Source: Pirellulales bacterium (GTDB taxonomy: Bacteria > Planctomycetota > Planctomycetia > Pirellulales > JBGAPH01). Taken from it: DNA of 64,000 nt. Position 1 is the first letter of the stretch, and each line of letters begins with the position of its first letter. Shown here in pieces: positions 37,069-46,922 of this stretch. The notes under the pieces were generated by a model. The model made no database searches. It saw nothing but the letters and a program-made list of their open reading frames with translations, and was not told where the DNA came from. The stretch is taken from assembly GCA_044221365.1 (NCBI GenBank), contig JBGAPH010000012.1:1476-65475 (forward strand), read 5' to 3'. Position numbers and translations under genes: made by a program.

Positions 37069-37641
37069 ATGCTGCTCCGCACGTTCATCGCCGTCGAGGC
37101 GCCCGGCGAGATCGTCGCTCAGGCCGCAAAGCTGATCGGCCGGCTCCGCGAGGCCGAGGCCGACGTGAAGTGGGTCGAGCCCGAGAACATGCACTTCACG
37201 CTCAAGTTCCTGGGGGGAGTGCGCGACCGCGACCTGGGCGAGTTGTGCCTGGCGCTCGCGCGGGCAACCCGCGAACTCAAGCCCTTCGAGATCGAGGTGC
37301 GCGGCGCGGGCGCCTTTCCCGATGCGGCTCGGCCACGGACGCTTTGGCTGGGGGTGGGCGCGGGCGGCGAGGCCTTCACCGAGCTGTTCGCTTCGCTCGA
37401 AGAGCGGCTGGCGGACCTCGGTTTTCGGCAGGAGGGCCGCCGCTTTCAGCCGCACCTTACGCTGGGCCGCGTGCGCAATAGCTCGCCGGGCAGCCGGGAG
37501 CTGGCGCAGTTGCTGCGCGAGCAGGCCGACTTCGAGGCCGGGCCGATGTACGTCGACGAGGCCGTGCTCTTTTCCAGCGAACCCGGGCGCGAGGGCCCGC
37601 ACTACGAGGTGCTGAGCCGCGGCGAGTTGCTCGCGCGCTGA
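37069..37641 (+). CDS. thpR: RNA 2',3'-cyclic phosphodiesterase (2H phosphoesterase, ThpR/LigT)
   Basis: Two H-x-T-x motifs (HFTLKF, HLTLGR). Confidence 0.8.
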   Translation: MLLRTFIAVEAPGEIVAQAAKLIGRLREAEADVKWVEPENMHFTLKFLGGVRDRDLGELCLALARATRELKPFEIEVRGAGAFPDAARPRTLWLGVGAGGEAFTELFASLEERLADLGFRQEGRRFQPHLTLGRVRNSSPGSRELAQLLREQADFEAGPMYVDEAVLFSSEPGREGPHYEVLSRGELLAR

Positions 37642-37654
37642 CGGCGGCTCGCTC

Positions 37655-37725
37655 GACAGGCTAGAAGCCTGTCCCACGAAGATCCGGTGGAAGCTATCTT
37701 CGTGGCACAGGCTTCCAGCCTGTGC
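37655..37725. repeat. Triple-hairpin REP-like element: GACAGGCT-AGA-AGCCTGTC, CCACGAAGAT-...-ATCTTCGTGG, GCACAGGCT-TCC-AGCCTGTGC
   Basis: Three adjacent perfect inverted repeats immediately after the thpR stop. The third is identical to 9284-9304 and near-identical to 12516-12536. Confidence 0.7.
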
Positions 37726-37802
37726 TGTGAGTCTCGTGACCGGGTGCTACACTGTTCGAGCACCTGCCTCCCCAAATCCGATCCGATCCCCCGCGCTGGC
37801 CC

Positions 37803-38297
37803 ATGTCGAACCCGCCTCCCGAAGCTGCCGCTCCGTCTGCCCGCCCGCGTCCCTGGACCGTTTGGCTGCTCGTGGCCGTGGTGTTCTTGGGAGCGGGTTA
37901 CTTTGCCTATGCCTTGCCTAAGGCCCGCGCCCAGCGGAACGCCGTGGCCGCGGTGGAAGGGATCGGGGGGCACGTCACCTACCGGGGCGCAGGGGGCAAG
38001 GGCGGCCTGCGCGGCGTGCTGGGGCGCGACCTGTTCGACCCGGTCTACGAGGTGTTCCTCAAGGACACGAAGGCCACCGACGCCGACCTCGCGCCTTTGG
38101 CGGCGCTGGGCAGCTTGGAAACGCTCGACTTGACGAACACGGCCGTCACCGACGCCGCGGCCCCCGACCTCGAGAAGCTCAAGTCGCTGCGGCGGCTCTA
38201 CGTGACCGGCACGCAACTCACGCCGGCAGCCGAGCAGCGGATCAAAGGGGCGATTCCGCAGCTCGATCTGATCCGCGAGGCGCAAGCCCCGCGCTAG
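37803..38297 (+). CDS. Membrane-anchored leucine-rich-repeat-like protein (hypothetical)
   Basis: N-terminal TM, then LxxLxLxxT repeats. Confidence 0.5.
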   Translation: MSNPPPEAAAPSARPRPWTVWLLVAVVFLGAGYFAYALPKARAQRNAVAAVEGIGGHVTYRGAGGKGGLRGVLGRDLFDPVYEVFLKDTKATDADLAPLAALGSLETLDLTNTAVTDAAAPDLEKLKSLRRLYVTGTQLTPAAEQRIKGAIPQLDLIREAQAPR

Positions 38298-39769
38298 AAC
38301 TGCACGCCGTACTTCTTGGTCATGCCGCGGCGCAACTGGCCGGTCAGCTCGTCGATTTGGGCCATGGCGTCGATTTGCGAGGAGGCCCCTTCCCCGCGGG
38401 CCTGGGCAGCCAACTGGCGGTTTTCGCCGACATCGGAGTTGATGACGTACGTGCCATAGAAGGCATTGCCGAAGCCATCGTAGCCCCAGCCAGTGGTCGT
38501 GCCGCCGCCGCGAGATTTCTGCATGCCAGCCGAGATGTTCGCGCCGCGGATGTCGACGCCGGCGCCGCGCAGCAGCCGCGCCACCTGCTCGCCGAACACG
38601 ATCATGTCGTTGTCGACGTCGAGCGTCGGCAGGTTGTCGATCTTGCGGGCCTGGCGATCGTTCCAGAGGGCCTTCTCGCCGAACGTCTTGCACTTGAAGT
38701 TCCGCACGTCGCGGACGACGCGGTTGACCGACTCGAAGTACTTCTTGGTGGACGCCAGCATCCGATCGGCCGAGTTGCCGCTCTCGCCGGCCGCGGCCGC
38801 GTCTTTCTCCAAGTTCCCCACGGAAGACGGAGTGACCAAAAAGCCGAGCAGCGTCGGCAGGCTGCCGGGACCGAGGGGGCCGGTGAGCGAGAAGGAGTTG
38901 CCGGAGACCCGCGGCTTCCAGTTCTCCATGTCGGGCAGCATGGCGCCGCGGCGCTCGAGGGCTTCGAGCAGCAGCGGCTTGCCCAAGGCAGCCAGGGCTG
39001 TCGGCGGACGGTCGAAGTCGAGGCGAATCGTGCCCCGCACGGCGTCTTTGGCTTCGACGGCGAAGACGAGTCCCTTGAGGCCGCCGAGCAGGGCGCCGAT
39101 GTCCGTCGCCGCGCCCGGCGACTTGGCCAGCGCCGCGGCTGTGGCCAGTTTCTTTTGCACAGGGCCTACCGCTACGACGTTGTCGAAGTCGAGAGCCACG
39201 ACCACAGGCACGTCGCTCGACACGAACTTCACGGCCTTCTGCAAGTAGTCAGAAAGCTCGCGGCCAGGCTGCTGCGAACGCGCAAGCCAGCGCGACATGA
39301 ATTGCCGGTTAGCGGGCCAGGCCGTCGCCAGCAGCCGATCACCGAGCGGCGCGAAGTACAGGCCCCGCGGCGACCAAACCACCGATTGCTTTCCCAGCTC
39401 ATCGACGTAGCCGCGTTCGAGTCGCGCGAGCACCGCCGCGCTGGGCAGGCTCTCCATCTCGAACACCCCCAACTCCCAGATCGGCTCGAGCCGATCGAAA
39501 TCGACGATCGCCCCAATGGCCAGCTTGCGCACGTCGGGCGTGAGCTCGGCGCTGAGGTCACGGATCGCCTGTTCGCCCCCCTCGTCGTTCTTGCCATGTT
39601 TAGCGGCAAACTCACGCAGGGCCTGCACGTCGGCCAGCATCACGGCGTTGGCCCCTGCCGGCAGTTGTTGCATCAGCGAGAGCCAGTCATCGGCTGCAAA
39701 CGCCGATGTCGGAGCAAGCACGCCGAGGGCCAGCACAGAAACCACAAAGGAGCGGCACGAACGCAACAC
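38294..39769 (-). CDS. Secreted hypothetical protein
   Basis: Signal peptide LRSCRSFVVSVLALGVLAPTSAFA after a GTG at 39769 (the track ORF has a TTG at 39841); no domain recognised. Confidence 0.45.
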   Translation of the reverse strand: MLRSCRSFVVSVLALGVLAPTSAFAADDWLSLMQQLPAGANAVMLADVQALREFAAKHGKNDEGGEQAIRDLSAELTPDVRKLAIGAIVDFDRLEPIWELGVFEMESLPSAAVLARLERGYVDELGKQSVVWSPRGLYFAPLGDRLLATAWPANRQFMSRWLARSQQPGRELSDYLQKAVKFVSSDVPVVVALDFDNVVAVGPVQKKLATAAALAKSPGAATDIGALLGGLKGLVFAVEAKDAVRGTIRLDFDRPPTALAALGKPLLLEALERRGAMLPDMENWKPRVSGNSFSLTGPLGPGSLPTLLGFLVTPSSVGNLEKDAAAAGESGNSADRMLASTKKYFESVNRVVRDVRNFKCKTFGEKALWNDRQARKIDNLPTLDVDNDMIVFGEQVARLLRGAGVDIRGANISAGMQKSRGGGTTTGWGYDGFGNAFYGTYVINSDVGENRQLAAQARGEGASSQIDAMAQIDELTGQLRRGMTKKYGVQF

Positions 39770-40057
39770 GCAACACCTCGAACGAGAAGGAAGGACGAGC
39801 GACACGGGCCAAGAAACGCCTGCAACGTCCGTGTCTGGCAACCGAGGCCCAGAATAGCCGGTGGGGGGGCCCGCGGAAAGCGTTTTTCTGCGAATCTAGC
39901 AACCCGCCGGCTGCGCGCGGCAGCGTGCTCGCCCGTCTCCAATTCGATGTTTGGCTGCTTGTTGCCCCGCGCAGGGCAACTTAGAATCGGAGCGATTCGT
40001 CGGCCCCTCCCAGCGGCCGCGCCGCCCTCCTCCCTTGCACGCGGGGAAGCTCGTTCC

Positions 40058-41167
40058 ATGCCGTTTCGTCGTCCACTCGCCTGGTCGAGTGTTTGCCTGC
40101 TGTTGCTGGCCGCCGCGGCCTGCAGTTCCTCGAAAACGCCTCCCAACCCCGAGGTTTCTTCCGGTGGGACGTCGCCCAGCGCCACCGCCGGCGGCAAGCG
40201 GTTCATCGTGCTGATGAACAACAACTCGCCCTTTTGGGACGCCGTGGGCGTGGGGGTAAAGCAGGCGGCCAAGGAGCTCGGAGTCGAAGCGGTTCTCGAA
40301 ACCAACGACGGCACGCCCCAGGGCCAGATCAACAAGCTCCAGCAATACGGCACCCAAAGCGACGTGGCCGGCGTGGCAATCAGCGTCACCGAGGGAGACA
40401 ACCTCGCCATCGCGGACGAGATGAAGGCCCTGCGCGACAAAGGCATCCACGTCGTCACGATCGACTCCGACGTCAACGCCCAAAACTACCCCGATGCCCG
40501 CGTCGGCTTCATCGGCACGAACAACAAACAGGCGGGCATCGAACTGGGCAAGGCGCTCGTGGGCCTGCGTCCCGACGGCGGGCAGTACGTGACCTTCGTC
40601 GGCCAGACAGGCGCCCAGAACGCCAGGGAGCGCGTGGAGGGCGTCAAAGAAGGCGCCGGCGCCAAGTTCGAAGCACGCGACAACATGGCCGATCGCGTCG
40701 ATCCATCGCAAGCGCGGATCAACGTCGGCGCCGCAATCGCCAACCATCCGCAACTCAACGCTCTCGTTGGAATTTGGTCGTACAACGCCCCCGCCATTGT
40801 GGATGTGCTCAAGGAACAAGGCAGTCGCGCGAAGTACGCCGTGGCCGTATTCGATGCCGAGCCGCAGGCGATCGTCGGCATGGGCGAGGGCAACATCGAC
40901 GTGATGGTCGTGCAGAACCCCTACGAAATGGGCTACCGCGGCATCAAGCTGCTCAAGGCGCTCGCCGCCGGCGACCAGGCCGCGGTCAAGGAAATCTTTC
41001 CTAAACAGGGCGAGCCAGGCGGCGACATCAACGACACGGGGCTCAAGGTCGTGGTGCCTGACGCCGGCTCGAAGCTCACCGCCGAGGTGTTCGGCCCCAG
41101 CGTCCAGTTCATGAAGCTCTCCGACTTCCAGAACTGGCTGAAGCAGTACAATCTGGAAGGTTCTTAA
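40058..41167 (+). CDS. Sugar ABC transporter substrate-binding lipoprotein (periplasmic-binding-protein type I, ribose/xylose-like)
   Basis: Lipobox AAAACSSS; PBP type I fold features. Confidence 0.75.
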   Translation: MPFRRPLAWSSVCLLLLAAAACSSSKTPPNPEVSSGGTSPSATAGGKRFIVLMNNNSPFWDAVGVGVKQAAKELGVEAVLETNDGTPQGQINKLQQYGTQSDVAGVAISVTEGDNLAIADEMKALRDKGIHVVTIDSDVNAQNYPDARVGFIGTNNKQAGIELGKALVGLRPDGGQYVTFVGQTGAQNARERVEGVKEGAGAKFEARDNMADRVDPSQARINVGAAIANHPQLNALVGIWSYNAPAIVDVLKEQGSRAKYAVAVFDAEPQAIVGMGEGNIDVMVVQNPYEMGYRGIKLLKALAAGDQAAVKEIFPKQGEPGGDINDTGLKVVVPDAGSKLTAEVFGPSVQFMKLSDFQNWLKQYNLEGS

Positions 41168-41198
41168 GCCGCCTCTCTCAAAGAAGCCCGAGCTGCCG

Positions 41199-42398
41199 AT
41201 GCCGAGCTTTGTGCGGCGGACCGAACTAGGCCTGTTGTTGGCGATCTGCGCGGTCGTTTTGCTGTCGGCTGCGCTCGACCAGCAACACAACTACTGGCAT
41301 CAGCCGCTCGACAGCGCCAAGTTCATCCTCCGCCAGACCTCGCTCTTGGGCATCACCGCACTCGGAGCGGCGATCGTCATCATCGCCGGCGGCATCGACC
41401 TTTCGATTGGCTCGGTGATCGCCTTCAGCGGTTCGGTCTGTGCTTGCCTCCTGCTATGGCTTGCTCCGGAGGCGATGAAAAGCCCCGCGGAGCCGCACCT
41501 GTCGGCCGGCGTGATTGCGCTGGCAATCGCCGGCACGCTCTTCGTCGGCTTCTTGATTGGCAGCCTGCACGCCTGGCTGATTACGGTGATTGGGCTGCCG
41601 CCGTTCATCGCCACGTTGGCCTCGCTCGTAGGGCTGCGCAGCTTGGCGCGGGCGATGGTGCCCACGGTGCAGGGCTATGTAACCCCTGGCGCCGGCACGC
41701 AGAACCAGGTGAACATCTTCGACGCCGGTTTTCGCTACCTGGAAACGTCGATCTGGATTCCGGCCGTGGTGTTCGTCGCCCTGGCCGCCGTTTGCACGCT
41801 CCTGCTGACCCGAACGGTGGTGGGTCGGCATCTGATCGCCATGGGGGGCAACGAGCAGGCGGCCCGCCTGAGCGGCATTCGCACCGACCGCCTCAAGTGG
41901 CTAGCCTACTGCTCGAGCGCCATGCTTTCGAGCGTGGCCGGCATCCTCTACATCTGCGCCCAGAGCGTGGCCAAGCCGGAAGTCCTCGGCATGGGCTACG
42001 AGCTCAATGCCATTGCCGCGGCCGTGGTCGGCGGGTGCAGCCTGCAAGGGGGCGTCGGCACGATCCCGGGCGCGATGCTGGGCGCCCTGTTCCTCCGCAC
42101 CGTGATCGACGGCATCGCCAAGGTGATCGACCGCAACGCCGATGTTTACGAAGGCTTCATCGTCGGCGTGCTGGTGGTGCTGGCCGTGTCGCTCAGCCAG
42201 GTCCGTGGCGCGGCGGGGCAGCGCAAGCAGTTCTTTCCCGGCGCGCTGGGAAGTGTGATGGTGGGGATCCTGGCGCTGCTCGCGGCGCTGATCACTAGCT
42301 TCTTCGCGGGGCCGCGGGGCGTGGGCATCGCCTTCGGTTCGACGCTCGTTTTGCTGGCTGTCGTCAAATCGTTCGAAGCCCACGGGCAGCGCCGGTAG
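41199..42398 (+). CDS. Sugar ABC transporter permease (ribose/xylose type)
   Basis: ~10 TM helices; conserved EAA-like region. Confidence 0.8.
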   Translation: MPSFVRRTELGLLLAICAVVLLSAALDQQHNYWHQPLDSAKFILRQTSLLGITALGAAIVIIAGGIDLSIGSVIAFSGSVCACLLLWLAPEAMKSPAEPHLSAGVIALAIAGTLFVGFLIGSLHAWLITVIGLPPFIATLASLVGLRSLARAMVPTVQGYVTPGAGTQNQVNIFDAGFRYLETSIWIPAVVFVALAAVCTLLLTRTVVGRHLIAMGGNEQAARLSGIRTDRLKWLAYCSSAMLSSVAGILYICAQSVAKPEVLGMGYELNAIAAAVVGGCSLQGGVGTIPGAMLGALFLRTVIDGIAKVIDRNADVYEGFIVGVLVVLAVSLSQVRGAAGQRKQFFPGALGSVMVGILALLAALITSFFAGPRGVGIAFGSTLVLLAVVKSFEAHGQRR

Positions 42399-42417
42399 CG
42401 TCTTGCAAGAATCTCTT

Positions 42418-43947
42418 ATGGCCGGCGAACCGCTGATCGCGCTGCGAGACGTGTCGAAGCGCTTCGGCGGCATCCAGGCCTTGCGCGGCGTCTCCTTCGA
42501 CGTGCTCCCCGGCTCGCTGCACGCCATCGTCGGCGAGAACGGGGCCGGCAAGAGCACGCTCATGAAGATCATCGCCGGCGTGATCCCCGACTACGAGGGC
42601 GAACTGCTGCTCCGTGGCCAGCGGGCCCAGTTCGCCAGCACGCGCGACGCCGAGCGGGCCGGCATCGCGATCGTGCACCAGGAACTAAATCTGGTTGAGC
42701 AGCTTTCGGCCGCGGCCAACATCTTCCTCGGCCGCGAGCTGCGCGGGCCGCTGGGCCTGCTCGACGAGCGGCGGATGCAGGCCAAGGCCGCAGAGATCTT
42801 GAGCGACCTCGAGTGCCGCGTCGACCCTGCCCGCGAAGTGGGGCACCTGCGGGTGGGGGACCAGCAGCTCGTGGAGATTGCCCGCGCGCTCGCGCAGCGT
42901 TCGGACGTGCTAATTCTCGACGAACCGACGAGCGCCCTTTCGGAGGCCGAGGTGGCGCGGCTCGACCGGGTGATCGCGCGGCTGCGGGAGCGCGGCGTGA
43001 CGATGCTCTACATCTCGCACAAAATGAGCGAGGTGTTTCGCCTGGCCGACCGCATCACGGTGCTCCGCGACGGCCAACAGGTGAAAACGCTCGAACGCGA
43101 GGCCGCCACGCCGCAACAAATCACCAACCTGATGGTCGGCCGCGAACTCGCCTCGGCGGATTTTCACGAGAGCCGCACACCAGGCGCGCCCGTGCTCGAA
43201 GTGCGAGATCTGTCGCTCGCGCGGGCAGACGGCGAAGGCCTGCGGCTGCAGGGGATCAACCTGACGCTGCGGGCGGGCGAGATCGTGGGCGTCGCCGGCC
43301 TCATGGGCGCGGGGCGCACGGAGCTGCTCGAGAGCCTGTTCGGCGCGAGCGATCCGCCGCCCACGGGGGAAATCCTGCTTGGCGGCCGCCCGGTTCGCTT
43401 CCGTCATCCGGCCGAGGCGGCGGCGGCAGGCTTGGCGCTCGTGACCGAGGACCGCAAACGCCTGGGACTGTTCGCTCACCTCTCCGTCGGAGGCAACGCC
43501 ACGCTCCGCACGCTCGGGCAAGCAACCGTGGGTGGGCTGATTTCCGCGGGCCGCGAGCAGCGGCTGGCGCAGGAAGCCATCGCGCGGCTGCGCGTGAAGA
43601 CCGCCAGTCTGGCAGCGCCGATCCTCAGCCTCAGCGGCGGCAACCAGCAGAAGACGATCATCGGCCGCTGGCTGCTCGCCCGGCCGAGCATGCTGCTGCT
43701 CGACGACCCTACGCGTGGGATCGACGTGGGCGCCAAGGCCGAGATCTATCGGCTGATGGACGAGCTCTGCCGGCAGGGGCTGGCGATCCTGGTCACGTCG
43801 AGCGAACTGCCGGAGTTGCTCACGGTAAGCGACCGTATTTTGGTGCTCTGCGAAGGGCGGCTGACGGCCGAGTTCAACCGGGCCGAGGCCAGCGAAGAGC
43901 GGATCATGGAAGCTGCCACACGGTTCGCGGGAGCGGGGCGTTCTTGA
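42418..43947 (+). CDS. Sugar ABC transporter ATP-binding protein (two ABC domains)
   Basis: Two Walker A motifs (GENGAGKST; GLMGAGRTEL) and two signature motifs (LSGGNQQK...). Confidence 0.9.
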   Translation: MAGEPLIALRDVSKRFGGIQALRGVSFDVLPGSLHAIVGENGAGKSTLMKIIAGVIPDYEGELLLRGQRAQFASTRDAERAGIAIVHQELNLVEQLSAAANIFLGRELRGPLGLLDERRMQAKAAEILSDLECRVDPAREVGHLRVGDQQLVEIARALAQRSDVLILDEPTSALSEAEVARLDRVIARLRERGVTMLYISHKMSEVFRLADRITVLRDGQQVKTLEREAATPQQITNLMVGRELASADFHESRTPGAPVLEVRDLSLARADGEGLRLQGINLTLRAGEIVGVAGLMGAGRTELLESLFGASDPPPTGEILLGGRPVRFRHPAEAAAAGLALVTEDRKRLGLFAHLSVGGNATLRTLGQATVGGLISAGREQRLAQEAIARLRVKTASLAAPILSLSGGNQQKTIIGRWLLARPSMLLLDDPTRGIDVGAKAEIYRLMDELCRQGLAILVTSSELPELLTVSDRILVLCEGRLTAEFNRAEASEERIMEAATRFAGAGRS

Positions 43948-44154
43948 TCGAGCAGCGGTCGGCGGGCTTTCGGCCGCGAAAGTAGACCGCCGAGGCCACC
44001 CGATGGCTGCGCGAGCGGTGTCGTGCGATCGCGAGTCGGCCGTGATTACGCCAGGCCCCGTGCGGCGGGGCGGGGCAGTAGGGCCAGGGTGCGGGATCTC
44101 GTCTCGCGCGATTGAAGCGGCGCTGCTAGCCCAGCGAAAGGCGAAACTCGGCAA

Positions 44155-44200
44155 CGAAAAAAGGCGTCGCGCGACCCTGGAGGGCTTTTCGCGCGACGCC
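44155..44200 (-). terminator. Rho-independent terminator: 12-bp perfect stem GGCGTCGCGCGA...TCGCGCGACGCC followed, on the minus strand, by a T6 tract
   Basis: Canonical hairpin plus U-tract 32 nt past the DUF1559 gene stop at 44232. Confidence 0.7.
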
Positions 44201-44231
44201 TTCAGCTTTCGTTGGTTCGAGCTGCGAGGGC

Positions 44232-45254
44232 CTAAAAGTCGCTCGAGCTGATCGGCAGCCCGTCGTCACGGCCGCCCAACTTCCAGTGGACGATCTGGTC
44301 GACGCTGAAGCTCAATCCCCGCACCGAGCCATCGCACATGCCCATGTTGAACCCACTCGGATGAGCCGAGCCGAAATTCCAATCCAACGCCAAACCGGGA
44401 GTGTCCTGGCGAGGCACGAGAAACACGGAGGGTCCGCCCTTGGCGCCGAAGGACCCCGGGGTATCCCCGCCGCAGTAGCCATTCATGTCGCGGTCGTGCC
44501 CCACGAAGATGTTCTGATCGTCGCGAGCATCGGCGCCGTTCAGATAGTTGTCTGGCATCAGATACTTTTCACCGAGCGCGTAGGTGTTGCTCGTGCCGTC
44601 GATGACGTCGCCGATCCGGACGGCGCCTTTGATGTTCGTGACGCCGTTTTGGTTGGAGCCCATCCAGTTGTTCCAACTCGTGTACGCCGTGGCCGCAGCG
44701 TACGTGCCCGGCCCCGCGTCCTCGCCGTTATTGAAACTGCCCGAGTTCGCGGCGTAGTCGCTGCGGGCCAACGAACACGAGCCGTTGGCGGAGCAGGAGT
44801 GACAGTTGTTCGCGAGATCGGTGTTGCGGACGAGCGGATAGGTCAGCGGACGACGGCGCGAGGGGCAATTGAAGCCGGCGATCGGCACCGACCCCGTTTG
44901 CTTGATCGAGTTGTCGAGCTGCGCCCCCGTCAGCCCCTTGCTCAGGTCTCGCAGCGCAGATTGCTCGATGTAGGGCAGAATGTTGAACGCCCAGCCCCCG
45001 GTCTGGTCATCGCCGAAACCGCGACTAGCCTCGCCCTGCCACCGCCAGCCCCAGCCCGACGTGGGAAACTGCTTCTGCGCGTCGTGGTGAACCTGAAAGG
45101 ACAACGCGAGTTGCTTCAGATTGTTCTGGCACTGGATCCGGCGGGCAGCTTCTCGGGCCGCCTGCACCGCGGGCAGCAGCAGCGCGATCAAAATGCCGAT
45201 GATTGCGATCACCACCAACAACTCGACCAGGGTAAAGCCTCGACGTTTCGACAT
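44232..45254 (-). CDS. DUF1559 'H-X9-DG' protein with prepilin-type N-terminal methylation domain
   Basis: [49 protein letters not shown]. Confidence 0.9.
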   Translation of the reverse strand: MSKRRGFTLVELLVVIAIIGILIALLLPAVQAAREAARRIQCQNNLKQLALSFQVHHDAQKQFPTSGWGWRWQGEASRGFGDDQTGGWAFNILPYIEQSALRDLSKGLTGAQLDNSIKQTGSVPIAGFNCPSRRRPLTYPLVRNTDLANNCHSCSANGSCSLARSDYAANSGSFNNGEDAGPGTYAAATAYTSWNNWMGSNQNGVTNIKGAVRIGDVIDGTSNTYALGEKYLMPDNYLNGADARDDQNIFVGHDRDMNGYCGGDTPGSFGAKGGPSVFLVPRQDTPGLALDWNFGSAHPSGFNMGMCDGSVRGLSFSVDQIVHWKLGGRDDGLPISSSDF

Positions 45255-45306
45255 GATTGCGCAGATCGCTTGAGAAAAAGGAAGGGGTTTGTCGGTCGCG
45301 CCGCAG

Positions 45307-45912
45307 CTAGCGCTTCAAATTGAATCGTGCCAGACCGCCGTGCAACTTGGGATCGGTGTACGGGCTGACCTCGACGCCTAAATTCATTTTCGCGGGCAGC
45401 TTGGCGTTCGGCGCAGATACCTCCACACGGTACATGCCGATTCGCACGAACTCGGGCGATCCCTCGCTCACCATGTAACCACGGCCATCGGCCCCGGTTG
45501 TCGCCGTCGCGGTCGGAATGACGTCGCCCAAGAAGGCCTCGGGCACGAGCTTCACACTCGCATCCGGGACCGGGCGCCCGCCCAGCAACAACTCGACCTG
45601 AAAGGGACGGAACGCCACGCGCGAATCCAGATAGCCTTGAAAGCGCGCCAGAACTTCGTCTCGACTCAGCTTGCCGTCGCCGTTCGTGTCGACCCCCGGC
45701 TGTGAAGCGGCGTAGAGCATTCCCGGGGCCGCCGCCAACTCGTCTTTGGACAGTTGACCATCGGAATTCTTATCGAGTTGCTGCATCGCGGCGTCGGTCA
45801 GAGCGTCGGGCGCCCAAGCGGGCGCTTTCATGGGCGCCGGGCCGCGATTGCAGCCAATGACCAAGATCGCAGAAAGCGAACCCGCAAGCGCCAACCTTCG
45901 ACTAAAAATCAC
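45307..45912 (-). CDS. Lipoprotein with EF-hand-like Ca-binding loops and a C-terminal carboxypeptidase-regulatory-like beta-sandwich
   Basis: GTG at 45912 gives (M)[20 protein letters not shown] with GGAG upstream; [12 protein letters not shown] and [12 protein letters not shown] loops. Confidence 0.55.
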   Translation of the reverse strand: MIFSRRLALAGSLSAILVIGCNRGPAPMKAPAWAPDALTDAAMQQLDKNSDGQLSKDELAAAPGMLYAASQPGVDTNGDGKLSRDEVLARFQGYLDSRVAFRPFQVELLLGGRPVPDASVKLVPEAFLGDVIPTATATTGADGRGYMVSEGSPEFVRIGMYRVEVSAPNAKLPAKMNLGVEVSPYTDPKLHGGLARFNLKR

Positions 45913-46151
45913 CGCCGAACTCCGCCGAAAAACCGCGTCTAAGCGGCCAAAACACCGCGAGCGGATTAGCCAGCCAGTTGCAAAGTGGTCCGCGGAGGTT
46001 TCCGGCGTCCGCGGGGGCCTGGCATACTCAGGAGCGAGCGTCCCGAGTAGAAGTGCTTTGGCCTCTTCCGACAAGCAATCTAACCCCCGGCTCCTTCAAT
46101 GTCAATTATATAGCCTGCGAAGCATCCAGAAAAAGCCCGCGAATCCAGACC

Positions 46152-46859
46152 CTAACGGTTGACTTCGACCCCGGGCTTGACCTTGCGGAATTGTTCAAGC
46201 GCCGCCTCGTTGAGCTTGGCGTCCTTGATCGAAAGCCGCGTCAGCTCGGGCACCCGGGCGAGCGTGGCCAGGCCGGCGTCGCTGATTTCGCACTCGATGA
46301 GCAACACCCAGGTCAGGTGCGGCATGTCGGCCAATGGGGCCAAATCTCCCTTGACCGCGGTGCCGGACAGGTTGATCGTGTTGAGGCTCGACAACTTGGC
46401 AATGCTGGCCAAGCAGGCGTCGGTCACCGCGGTCTGGCTCAGTTCGAGCTTCTCGAGCTCGTCGAGATCAACGAGCTTGGCGACCCCGGCGTCAGTCACC
46501 TTGGTGCCGGTGAGCACCAATCCATGCAATCCCGTAAGCCCTTTGATGGAATCTAGATGCGCATCGGTGACCGGCGCGCCGTCGGCGGTCAGGGCCTCCA
46601 TGCGGCGGAGGTCGGCGAGGTGAGGCATCGCCTCGTCCAGACGGCCTTTCACGGCCTCGGTGCTAAGGCTCAGCGACTGCACAGGAGTTCCGTCGAGCGG
46701 GTTGGCAATGACCAAGGCGCCGAGTTGCTTGAGGGCGTCGGCCGACTGCTGCTCACGAGCGCTCCCGCCACAGCCGACGGCGGCGAAAAGGCTGAAAGAC
46801 ACGAGTGCCATGACAACGCGCCGCACTCCAATCGACAGCCAGCTTGAGAGATTGCTCAT
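46152..46859 (-). CDS. Leucine-rich-repeat lipoprotein
   Basis: Lipobox AAVGC; regular L-x-x-L-x-L-x-x-T-x-V-T-D repeats. Confidence 0.65.
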   Translation of the reverse strand: MSNLSSWLSIGVRRVVMALVSFSLFAAVGCGGSAREQQSADALKQLGALVIANPLDGTPVQSLSLSTEAVKGRLDEAMPHLADLRRMEALTADGAPVTDAHLDSIKGLTGLHGLVLTGTKVTDAGVAKLVDLDELEKLELSQTAVTDACLASIAKLSSLNTINLSGTAVKGDLAPLADMPHLTWVLLIECEISDAGLATLARVPELTRLSIKDAKLNEAALEQFRKVKPGVEVNR

Positions 46860-46922
46860 TCCGAAGACTCGCGGGAGGGTTGGAAGGTTGCTTGCGACCA
46901 GTGGGAGGATCGATCATTCCCA

